From an uncultured bacterium (GTDB lineage Bacteria; Lernaellota; Lernaellaia; Lernaellales; Lernaellaceae), in assembly GCA_964534375.1 (NCBI GenBank), contig CAZHPN010000019.1, positions 1-49,906 on the forward strand: 49,906 nt of DNA. The letters are read 5' to 3'. The notes beneath the pieces are model-generated. The model saw only the letters and a program-made list of their open reading frames with translations, searched no databases and was not told the origin of the DNA. A program made the translations under genes and the position numbers. Of the stretch, positions 1 to 8,466 are shown one piece after another (within the stretch, counting starts at the first letter, position 1; each line of letters starts with the position of its first letter).

Positions 1-167
1 CCATTGCCAGCTTCGAATGGCTTGAATCCCGCCCGAACGCGCCGTTACAAGCCACACTGTCCGATTTTGCCGCTACTGTAGTCCGCGCTTCTGCGCCGGG
101 CTCCAGCGCGGCGCCCCGCGTTGTGCGGGACCGGCCGCGCGCCGCAATGCGGCGAGGAGGTCACGCG

Positions 168-1463
168 GTGAACGTTGGCAGTGCGGTTATGCGTCGGGCT
201 CGCCTGGGCCTGAGCGCGATCATGGTTCTGGCCGGTCTGTGCGTGGCGCTTGCCGGTTGCGAGAAGAAGGCGGAGCGCGCCGCGGGCGCGGGGAAGGAGG
301 CCGTGATCGGCTTCACCGCCTCGCAAACGGGCAAACTCAACGTCGAGTCTGCGCGCCAGATCAACGGCCTGAACTTGTGGATCGAGCAGGTCAACGCGGC
401 CGGCGGGGTGCAACTGGCCGACGGCTCGCGCGTGCGCTTTGCCGCCAAATATTACGACGACGAAAGCAACAAGGAGCGGGTGCAAGCGCTGTACACCAAG
501 CTCGTCACCGAGGACCAGGCGGCCTTCCTGATCAGCCCCTACAGCAGCGGCCTGACCGACGCGGCCGCGATGATCGCCGAGCAATACGGCAAGATTATCA
601 TCACCGCCGGGGCCGCGTCCGACTCGACGCACGGCAAGGGTTACGGGTCGGTTTATCAGATTTACACCCCGGCCAGCCGCTACCTGACCGGCGCGTTCGA
701 TCTGCTGGCCCGGCTCGACCCCAAGGCGCGCACGGCGGCGCTCGTCTGCGAAAAGGACAAATTCGCGGCCGAGGTTTGCGCCGCGGCCGAGAAATATGCT
801 AAAAACACGGGTCTAAAAATCGCGTTCAACGAGGGCTACGACTCCGGCGCCGCCGACTTCGCGCCGTTTATCAACAAAATTCCGCCGGGCGTCGCAGCGG
901 TCATGGGCGGCGGCCACTTCGCCGACGGCGCCACGTTCGCCAAGCAACTTTTCGAGAAACGCGTCGCCGCGAAGTTCATCTCTTTGCTGGTCGCGCCGCC
1001 GGAGCCGAAATTCGCCGAATTGGGCGATGCGGCGCGCGGCGTCGTCGGCCCGAGCCAATGGGAGCCGTTGGCCAAATACAGCGCCGACCTGGCCCGCGCC
1101 GCCGGGATCGAGTGGTTCGGGCCGAGCGTCGCGGAATTCGCCGCCGCGTATCGGACAAAGTTCGCGGAGGAGCCGTCGTATCACGCCGCGGGCGGCTACG
1201 CGGCCGGCCTCGCGCTACAGCAGGCGATTGCGGCGGCCGGCAGTCTGGACTCGTCGAAGGTGAAGGTCGCCCTGGATGCGCTGAACGTGATGACCTTTTT
1301 CGGCCGGCTCCACTTCGCGACGGGCGCCGCCGAGCACGGCCTGCAAACAGGCCACGAAATGGTTTACATCCAGTGGCAGACGGACGGCCAGGGGCAGCTT
1401 GCCAAGCAGGTTGTCTGGCCCGAAGAAGTCAAATCCGCGCCGGCCATGAGTCTGGCGCGATAA
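168..1463 (+). CDS. livK: Branched-chain amino acid (HAAT family) ABC transporter substrate-binding lipoprotein
   Basis: GGAGG at 156-160, 7 nt before GTG 168; lipobox LAGC; Peripla_BP_6-type motifs (GFTASQTG, QVNAAGGV, YYDDES, ISPYSS); first gene of an ABC operon. True substrate unknown. Confidence 0.85.
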   Translation: MNVGSAVMRRARLGLSAIMVLAGLCVALAGCEKKAERAAGAGKEAVIGFTASQTGKLNVESARQINGLNLWIEQVNAAGGVQLADGSRVRFAAKYYDDESNKERVQALYTKLVTEDQAAFLISPYSSGLTDAAAMIAEQYGKIIITAGAASDSTHGKGYGSVYQIYTPASRYLTGAFDLLARLDPKARTAALVCEKDKFAAEVCAAAEKYAKNTGLKIAFNEGYDSGAADFAPFINKIPPGVAAVMGGGHFADGATFAKQLFEKRVAAKFISLLVAPPEPKFAELGDAARGVVGPSQWEPLAKYSADLARAAGIEWFGPSVAEFAAAYRTKFAEEPSYHAAGGYAAGLALQQAIAAAGSLDSSKVKVALDALNVMTFFGRLHFATGAAEHGLQTGHEMVYIQWQTDGQGQLAKQVVWPEEVKSAPAMSLAR

Positions 1464-1523
1464 CCGGCAGGGGCGCCGCCGGCCGAGCCGGCGCCGCGCC
1501 CGAGCCGCCACGGCGAACGACCC

Positions 1524-2387
1524 ATGCTCCGGCAATGCGCGGCATCGTTGCTCGACGGTCTGCTCCTCGGCTGCGTCTACGGCGCGGCGGCGATGGGGCT
1601 CAACCTCATTTGGGGCGTGATGAAGGTTATCAACCTCAGCCACGGCGCGTTGATGACCGCGGGGATGTTCGTCGTTTACGGCCTCTTCGCCGCGGCGGGC
1701 CTCAATCCATATCTCGCGCTGCCGGTGGCGGCGCTCGCCGGCTGGCTGCTCGGCCTGGCGATTTATTGGGTCGCGGTCCATCGCGTGATCGACGCGCCGG
1801 AGTTGGCGAGTCTGCTGGCGACGTTCGCTGTGAATATGATTCTCGTCGGCCTGGGCACCTGGCTGCTCACGGGCACGCCGCGCAATATCGACTGCGATCT
1901 CGGCGCGTGGCGGCTCGGGCCGCTGGTCATCCAGGGCAACCGGCTGGCGGCGGCGGGCGCGGCGGTCGTGCTCGCCGGCGCGCTCTTCCTGTTTCTGCGG
2001 CGCACGACGCTCGGCAAGGCGATCCGCGCGACGGCCGACAACCGCGGCGCGGCCGAGTTGATGGGCATCGCGACGAGCCGGACGCTGGCGCTCAGCTTTG
2101 GGCTCGGCGCGATGCTGGCGTGCACGGCGGGCGCGCTGATCGCGACGATCTTCCCCTTTACGATCGCCAGCGGCGCGGCCTACGAACCGAAGTCATTTGT
2201 GATATGCGTGCTGGGCGGCCTGGGCAATCCGCTCGGCGCCTTGGCGGCCGGGTTGCTGCTGGGCGCGGCGGAGGGGCTGGCGCCGGTGTTTTTGCCGGTG
2301 GGTTGGACGCCGGCGCTGGAGTTCGGCCTGTTCGTGCTGGTGCTGGTGGTGCGGCCGACCGGGCTGTTCGGGAAGAGCGGGACGTGA
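1524..2387 (+). CDS. livH: HAAT ABC transporter permease LivH
   Basis: GLNLIWGVMKVINLSHG, LGKAIRATADNRGAAELMGI, VLGGLGN, RPTGLFG motifs; hydrophobic. Confidence 0.92.
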   Translation: MLRQCAASLLDGLLLGCVYGAAAMGLNLIWGVMKVINLSHGALMTAGMFVVYGLFAAAGLNPYLALPVAALAGWLLGLAIYWVAVHRVIDAPELASLLATFAVNMILVGLGTWLLTGTPRNIDCDLGAWRLGPLVIQGNRLAAAGAAVVLAGALFLFLRRTTLGKAIRATADNRGAAELMGIATSRTLALSFGLGAMLACTAGALIATIFPFTIASGAAYEPKSFVICVLGGLGNPLGALAAGLLLGAAEGLAPVFLPVGWTPALEFGLFVLVLVVRPTGLFGKSGT

Positions 2388-2393
2388 AAACCG

Positions 2394-2467
2394 GAATGTC
2401 GAATGGAGAATGGAAAATGGCGAAATTCACGCCGCATCGCCAGTTCTTCATTCGCCATTCGCCTTCG
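2394..2467. repeat. Heptamer tandem repeats (GAATGGN) facing inverted copies, between livH and livM
   Basis: GAATGTC GAATGGA GAATGGA AAATGGC at 2394-2421; reverse complement of 2440-2467 reads CGAAGGC GAATGGC GAATGAA GAACTGG. Confidence 0.7.
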
Positions 2468-2490
2468 CGGACCTTTGCCGGCAAAAAAGG

Positions 2491-3486
2491 ATGGCAATCT
2501 TGACCCCGCTGGGCGGTCATATACGGCGGATGCGCCCCGGCGCGTGGCTTCCGGCGGCGCTGACGCTTGCGGGCGGCCTGGCCGTCTTCGCGGCGCGCAG
2601 CGACAGCCTGCGCGAGACGGCTTTCACCATCCTGCTGTGCATTGCGCTGACCTCGAGCCTCAACATCTTTCTCGGCTTCACCGGCTACGTGAATTTCGGG
2701 AATATCGTCTTTTTCGGCCTCGGCGGCTACACGGGCATGTACTTTCTGACCGTGTACGACTGGCCGTTGTACGGCGGCGCGCTGGCCGGCGGCTTCGTCG
2801 CGGCGGCGCTGGCGGTGCTGCTGGGCCTGGCGATCCTGCGGCTGCGCGGCGCCTATTTCGCGCTGGCCACCATCGGCGTCAACGAGGCCGCGCGGGCGTT
2901 CGTCACCAACTTCACACCGTTCGGCGGCGCGACAGGCCTGAGCCTGAACTTCGCCGCTTATCAGAAATACGGCGGCGCGGCGCAGGCGCTATGGCTGGTT
3001 TACGGCGCGATGCTGGCGGTGGTCGTGGCGACGCTGCTGGCGGCGCTGGCGATCAAGCGCTCGCGGTTCGGCCTGGGCCTGCTGGCGATTCGCGAGGACG
3101 AAGACGCGGCGCTGACGCTCGGCGTCGACGCGACGCTGTACAAGACGCTCGCCTATGGCGCCTCCGCCTTTTTCCCCGGCGTCGCGGGCGCGCTCTTCTT
3201 TTTCAAGAACGGCAATATCGAACCGGGCGACGCCTTTCGCCTGCAGATGTCGATCGAGTCGCTGGTCATGCTCATGCTGGGCGGCTTGGGCACGGTGCTC
3301 GGCCCGGTCCTCGGCGCGTTCGGCTACGAACGCTTGCGCGGTCTGCTGCTGACGAGCGCCGCGCTCAAGAATTTGCACCTGGTCTTCGCCGGCTTTGCGC
3401 TCTTGCTGATCGTGCTGTTCGTGCCGCACGGGATCGTGGGCACGCTGCGCCGGCGCTATCCGAAAACGCGGCGGTATCTCGAATGA
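2491..3486 (+). CDS. livM: HAAT ABC transporter permease LivM
   Basis: NIFLGFTGYVNFG, LRLRGAYFALATI, AIREDEDAA, LGGLGT motifs. Start uncertain (ATG 2410 inside the repeat, ATG 2491 or TTG 2500). Confidence 0.9.
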   Translation: MAILTPLGGHIRRMRPGAWLPAALTLAGGLAVFAARSDSLRETAFTILLCIALTSSLNIFLGFTGYVNFGNIVFFGLGGYTGMYFLTVYDWPLYGGALAGGFVAAALAVLLGLAILRLRGAYFALATIGVNEAARAFVTNFTPFGGATGLSLNFAAYQKYGGAAQALWLVYGAMLAVVVATLLAALAIKRSRFGLGLLAIREDEDAALTLGVDATLYKTLAYGASAFFPGVAGALFFFKNGNIEPGDAFRLQMSIESLVMLMLGGLGTVLGPVLGAFGYERLRGLLLTSAALKNLHLVFAGFALLLIVLFVPHGIVGTLRRRYPKTRRYLE

Positions 3487-4223
3487 TGCTCAGCTTGACC
3501 GGCGTGTCGAAATCTTTCGGCGGCGTCCGCGCCGTGGCCGACGTCTCGTTCACCGTGCCCGAAGGCTCGATCACCGCCCTCATCGGCCCGAACGGCGCGG
3601 GCAAGACGACGCTGTTCAACCTCATCAACGGCGTCTGCCCGTCGGACCGCGGCCGCATCGTCTTTCGCGACCGCGACATTACCGGCCTGCCCGCGTTCGC
3701 CGTGGCGCGGCTGGGTCTGGCGCGGACGCACCAGGTCGTCAAGCCGCTCAGCGATTTGACCGCGCGCGAAAACGCGATGGTCGGCGCCTGTTTCGGGCGC
3801 GAGCGGCGAGGGCGCGCCGCCGCGGCCGCCGTGGCCGACGAGGCGCTGGCGACGGTCGGGTTGGCCGCGCGGGCCGAATTGCCGGCGGGCGCGCTGAACC
3901 TCTCGGAGAAAAAGCGGCTGGAGTTGGCGCGGGCGCTGGCCGCGCGGCCGCATCTGCTGCTGCTCGACGAAACGCTCGCCGGGCTGAATCCGACCGAGGT
4001 GGCGCACATGCTCGACATCATCCGCCGCGTGCGCGCCGGCGGCGTCACGATCCTGCTGATCGAGCACGTCATGCAGGCCGTGATGAACGTTTCGGACACG
4101 GTGGTCGTGCTCGACGCCGGCGCGGTGATCGCCGCCGGCGCGCCGCGCGAAGTCGTCGCCGATGCGCGCGTGATCGAGGCGTATCTCGGCGACCCGAGAG
4201 CGGCGTTGGAGTTGTTGACATGA
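3483..4223 (+). CDS. livG: HAAT ABC transporter ATP-binding protein LivG
   Basis: Walker A GPNGAGKT, Walker B LLLDE, IEH switch, C-terminal EAYLG; ATGA overlap with the livM stop. Confidence 0.93.
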   Translation: MMLSLTGVSKSFGGVRAVADVSFTVPEGSITALIGPNGAGKTTLFNLINGVCPSDRGRIVFRDRDITGLPAFAVARLGLARTHQVVKPLSDLTARENAMVGACFGRERRGRAAAAAVADEALATVGLAARAELPAGALNLSEKKRLELARALAARPHLLLLDETLAGLNPTEVAHMLDIIRRVRAGGVTILLIEHVMQAVMNVSDTVVVLDAGAVIAAGAPREVVADARVIEAYLGDPRAALELLT

Positions 4224-4236
4224 GGTGGATGGGAAG

Positions 4237-4350
4237 GATTTTTTCGACAGGATCAATAGGATCGATCGATCGTTACGATCATGAGGTGTTGTGATGGAAT
4301 TAACAAGATCTGTTGATCCGCACGATCCTGTTGATCCTGTCAAGAGAATC
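4237..4350. repeat. 114-bp GATC-rich element with 28-bp imperfect terminal inverted repeats built from 9-mers
   Basis: 4237-4264 GATTTTTTCGACAGGATCAATAGGATCG vs reverse complement of 4323-4350 GATTCTCTTGACAGGATCAACAGGATCG (24/28); nine GATC between 4251 and 4336; AT-richer than flanks. Confidence 0.8.
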
Positions 4351-5064
4351 GAAACCATCCCGATACTCGAACTACGGAACATCACCGCCGGTTACGGCGA
4401 GGCGGTCATCGTGCGCGACGTGAGCCTGTGCCTGGCGCCGGGCCGGCTGACCGCCTTGGTTGGCGCGAACGGCGCGGGCAAGACCACGCTGCTGCGGACT
4501 GTTATGGGGCAGATCCCGCCGCGCGAAGGGAAGGTCATCTTTCGCGGCGAGGACATCACGCGCCGCCCGGCGCACGCGCGGGCGCGCCTGGGCCTCGCGC
4601 TCGTGCCGGAGGGCCGACAGCTTTTCGCCAACTTGAGCGTCGCGGAGAACCTGGAGATGGGCGCTTTTGCCGCCCGCGAGCGCGATGTCGCGGCGGCGCG
4701 CGCCCGCGCGTTCGAGCTTTTTCCGCGCCTGCGCGAGCGGCTCCGGCAGCGGGCGGGCACGCTCAGCGGCGGCGAGCAGCAGATGCTGGCGGTGGCGCGC
4801 GGCCTGATGGCGTCGCCCCAGGTGCTGATCTTCGACGAACTGACGCTCGGCCTGTCGCCGGCGCTGTCGGTCGATCTGTTCCGCGCGCTGCGCCGCCTGA
4901 AAGACGCCGGGCAAACCATGCTGCTCGTCGAGCAGAATGTCCATTTGTCGCTGGCGATCAGCGATTACGGTTACGTGATGCGCGAAGGCCGCCTCTGGAT
5001 GGAAGGCGAGGCGCGGACCCTGGCCGCCCGCGCCGAATTTCGCGAGGCTTTTCTGGGAATGTGA
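4291..5064 (+). CDS. livF: HAAT ABC transporter ATP-binding protein LivF
   Basis: GANGAGKT, LVPEGR, LSGGEQQMLA, LVEQN; homology begins at ILELRNI (~4363); the available start lies inside the upstream repeat element. Confidence 0.92.
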   Translation: MMELTRSVDPHDPVDPVKRIETIPILELRNITAGYGEAVIVRDVSLCLAPGRLTALVGANGAGKTTLLRTVMGQIPPREGKVIFRGEDITRRPAHARARLGLALVPEGRQLFANLSVAENLEMGAFAARERDVAAARARAFELFPRLRERLRQRAGTLSGGEQQMLAVARGLMASPQVLIFDELTLGLSPALSVDLFRALRRLKDAGQTMLLVEQNVHLSLAISDYGYVMREGRLWMEGEARTLAARAEFREAFLGM

Positions 5065-5149
5065 GGCGGGAGGCGGTCCGCCCCACCTGTAAGAGCGCCC
5101 TTCTGGGCGCGATCCGACGGAGATCGCGCCTGGAAAGGCGCTCCTACAG
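5065..5149. repeat. REP-like cluster: inverted GTAG-type REP doublet (5087-5149) plus a GTGG-type hairpin (5065-5087)
   Basis: CTGTAAGAGCGCCCTTCTGGGCGCGATC vs reverse complement arm CTGTAGGAGCGCCTTTCCAGGCGCGATC (24/28), each with a 6-bp internal palindrome; lies between convergent genes. Confidence 0.8.
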
Positions 5150-5194
5150 ATGAAAAAGCGCCTGTGCAGGCGCGAATGATCGGGCAGGGCGTGT

Positions 5195-5908
5195 TCAGTG
5201 CTTGACGACGTATTCCGCGGCGTGCGGCCGTGGGCTTTCGGGCGGGCACGTTTTGCCTTTTTCGGCTCTGGCGCTGGCGGGTCTGCTCGCTTGGTAAGTC
5301 AACATCCAGCGGGAGCCGTCGCGGGTGAACTCGATGCACATGGTCGTACTTGTGGCCGTCACCAATTCCTGGATGATCCGCAGGCCGTCCAACGGCTTGC
5401 AAATTTCTTTCAAGTTCACGCTATGCATAACGTCGCCATCCCGGAAGCCGACGTTGTGGAGCAGGCCTTCTTCTTTGACGTGCGAGATCACCAATCCGTC
5501 GAATGTGCCATGTTCGAAATGCGGCACGAGTCGCGCCCCAAGCGGTTTAAGTGTCTGCCAGCCGGCGCAGACGAAGCCACCCATGGGATCCGGTTTCGTC
5601 CCCCCCGGCGCCCACTTGAACACCGATGCGTCCGCCGCGCGCGACGGGGCGCATCTGTCCGTGTCGAACGTTGCTTTCGCATTGACACCGGCGGAGTTGA
5701 ACAAGTTCCGCTGCAGGATCGCATCGTAATCGCTGAGCGGCTTGATTGGCGTCGCCGGCGCCGAATCGGCCGGAAGGTTCAACGCCGGCGGCGCGACCGA
5801 GCCGCGCACGGTGATCCAGACGGCGCGGGCCGTGAGATACGCGCACAACGCGACGACCAAGACGCGGCCGACCCCAACACATATCGTGCGAATTGCCACG
5901 AGCAACAT
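5195..5908 (-). CDS. gspC: Type II secretion GspC-like protein (TM + PDZ), apparently lacking the HR domain
   Basis: N-terminal TM, YDAILQRNLFNS motif, PDZ segment ARLVPHFEHGTFDG...VGFRDGDVMHSVN; start could be 5932. Confidence 0.65.
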   Translation of the reverse strand: MLLVAIRTICVGVGRVLVVALCAYLTARAVWITVRGSVAPPALNLPADSAPATPIKPLSDYDAILQRNLFNSAGVNAKATFDTDRCAPSRAADASVFKWAPGGTKPDPMGGFVCAGWQTLKPLGARLVPHFEHGTFDGLVISHVKEEGLLHNVGFRDGDVMHSVNLKEICKPLDGLRIIQELVTATSTTMCIEFTRDGSRWMLTYQASRPASARAEKGKTCPPESPRPHAAEYVVKH

Positions 5909-5947
5909 CCTTACCCGGTTGTTTGGACACAAACCAGGGGCCGCGGT

Positions 5948-7684
5948 TCAAAACCCGCCGGCATCCTCGCGCACCAGGTCTTCGAGCAGCCGCACGATGA
6001 GCGCGGTCCAGCCGGTCTGGTGGCTGGCTCCCAGGCCGCGGCCGGTGTCGCCGTCGAAGTATTCGTGAAAGAGCACGAGGTCCTTGCCGTGCGGGCCGAA
6101 GATCGCATCGGGCGCGCGCTTTTGGCAAGGTCGGACGCCGGTTTCGTCGGGCAGAAAGAGGCGGGCGATCCGCCGCGCGATCTCGACCGCGACCTGCCGC
6201 AGCCGCAGCAGCCGCCCGCTGCCGGTGGGGCATTCGACGCGCAAATCGTCGCCGTAGAAATGGTCGTAGCGCTCCAAGGCCTCGATGAGCAGGTAGTTCA
6301 TCGGCAGCCAGATCGGCCCGCGCCAGTTCGAGTTGCCGCCGAACATCCGCGAATCCGAGTCGCCCGGCACGTAGCGCACGACGCGCTCCTCGTCGCCGTC
6401 CTGAAACACGAACGGCTGGTCGAGGTACCGCCGCGAGAGCGACCGAACGCCGAACGGCGAGAGAAATTCGTTTTCGTCCAGCACGAAGCGCAGCACGCGC
6501 GTCAGCCGCTCGGCGGTCGTGATCGCGAGCAGGCGGTGGGTGTGCCCGTCGCCGCCGCGGGTGTCGGCGTTGTAAACGCTTTGGGCGAGGTCCGCGCGGT
6601 TGCGCAGGTACCACTGCAGGCGTTTGTGGAAGCCGGGCAGCTTCGCAAGCTGCTCCTCTTCCAGAACCTCGACGGCGAACAGCGGCACGATGCCGACCAG
6701 CGAGCGCAGCCGCAAGGGAATTCGCCCGGCGTCGAGGAGGATTTGATCGTATACACCGGCTCCTCGATCGCAAGTTCCAGCGCCATCGCGAGCATCACGC
6801 CGCAGTAAGAGGCCATCCACGCCGTGGCGTCGGCCTGCTCCGGCCGACCGGCGCCCGGGCCGGGGCGGGAAATGATAAGACTGCTTCGACTACAGCAGGC
6901 CGGCGTACGCTTGCCGCGCCACGCGTTGCGCCTGCGGGTTCATGTCCGCCGGAATCGCCGAATCGTAGAACTCGTTCGCCTCGGCAACGCGCGCGTCGAA
7001 CACACGGTCGAACGCCGCGCCGAACGGCTCCTCGGGCGCCTGGCGTTCGTCGAAGAGCCGAAAGCGGGATTTGCCGAGGGTCGCGTGCGCCAGGCGCAGG
7101 CCGCCCTGCGGATCGCGTTCGATCGACGGCCGCGGCCAATAACCTTCGCCGGTGCGGCCCCACGACCACGTGTTGCGGAACCAGACGTTCATCAGCACGT
7201 GCAACGGCGCCGGGTCGGGTCCGCGGTTCGTGCACGTGAGGCGGATGAGCACGTCGTCCGGCGCGGCTTTGGCGTATTCGGCGAACACGTCGAAGTAGCG
7301 GTTCTCGCCGAAGACGCCGGTGTCCTCGACCTCGAATTCCGGATCGAGCAAGCCGCGCCGGCGATTTTCCTCGCGCAGCCGTTCGTACGGAAACTCGGCC
7401 TGCGGGTATTTGCAGAGCGCCTTGCCGTATGAATGCGTGGGCGTCGCTTCGAGGTAGTAGTAATGCTCCTTCACGTCCTCGCCCCAGCGGTAGGCGCGGC
7501 TGCGCGCGGCATCGTGCGGCAGGCAACGCCACGGGTCGCCGTCCGCGGAATAATCCTCGCGGACCGTGCCCCATTGGCGCTCGGAAAGGTACGGCCCCCA
7601 GCGCTTCCAATCGGCGATGCGCCGCGCGTCCTCTTCGAGGCGCTGCCGCTCTGCTTCACGGCCGGCCGGGCGAGTTCCCTGCAT
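5948..7684 (-). pseudogene. MGH1-like / GH63 glucosidase pseudogene with internal deletions, a nonsense codon and frameshifts
   Basis: Family motifs [69 protein letters not shown] spread over three frames; TAG at 6890-6892 where the family has Trp (LLWSKQ); 1.74 kb, far shorter than the usual family member. Confidence 0.88.
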
Positions 7685-7807
7685 GAGTTAATACGAACCG
7701 CGAAAGCGCGCGAATGAACGCGAATGGTCGCGAATATGCGCGATTATGGCCGGGCTCGCGTGCGGTCGACGAGCGGGTATGAGAAAACTCCGGCTTCCGT
7801 CCTCCGG

Positions 7808-8266
7808 CTACAAGAAGAGCCGTTTGACGGCGCGTTTGACCGTCTCGAAATCGACTTCTTTTTGCAGCAGACCGCCCAAACCGGACCCGGCCGCGGCGCT
7901 CGCGGCGATGGCCGCGCGTTCGGTCTCGCGTTCGGTTTGCATCCGGCGCAGTTCGCTCTTGGCCTCCTCGTTGTATTTGTGTAACGGTAGGAAAGGGCGA
8001 ACATTCGACGCGCCTTCTCGCGCGAATCCCGTTGCTGCAGCAAGATCTTGCCGAGAAAGCAATCCGTCTTATCGCTCTTCGGGTTCAGACTCCGCGCGCG
8101 TTCGAGCGATTCTTTCACCAGCGCGCCGCGTTCGGCGGCCGGCCGACGCAGCTTGTTGCACCGCGCCCAGCCGAGAAAGGCGTGGAACTCTCCTTCTTCC
8201 GGAAACAGTGCCCGGCGACGTGTTAAAGCGCAGCAGGGTCCTCAGGTTTCGCATGATTTTTTTCAT
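7808..8266 (-). pseudogene. Fragmented TPR-containing gene (resembles the C-terminus of DnaJ/TPR-type proteins)
   Basis: AGGAG RBS and ATG 8266 (MKKIMRNLRTLLRFN); frame change near 8220 into ALFPEEGEFHAFLGWA...ARSLNPK...FLGKI; second frameshift near 7980 into KYNEEAKSELRRM...KRLFL stop. Confidence 0.6.
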
Positions 8267-8343
8267 GACACGTAGCTCCTTATAATCTGGTGTACTGATA
8301 TCGTCTTTTCGGCCGGGCTCGCCGAGCGATGCCCGGGGATTTG

Positions 8344-8466
8344 TCAGCCGTGCGAGGTTCGTTTGCGCCGGTGCTGGCCGGCTTCCGCATCGTGAAAACG
8401 GCGCACGACCAGCAATCCCGCGAGCAAGAGCGAAACCATCCCCATATTCACCGCCAATTCCCACAT
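8344..8466 (-). CDS. 40-aa small single-TM protein
   Basis: AAGGAG 7 nt before ATG; MWELAVNMGMVSLLLAGLLVVRRF... hydrophobic helix followed by a basic tail. Confidence 0.5.
   Translation of the reverse strand: MWELAVNMGMVSLLLAGLLVVRRFHDAEAGQHRRKRTSHG

Noticed and set aside
2403..3482. Apparent 360-aa N-terminal extension of LivG
   Set aside because: Alternative frame over livM; real start is the ATGA overlap at 3483.
4251..4336. GATC cluster as oriC
   Set aside because: No DnaA-box array or extended AT-rich unwinding element; it lies inside an ABC operon and is explained by the 9-mer repeat.
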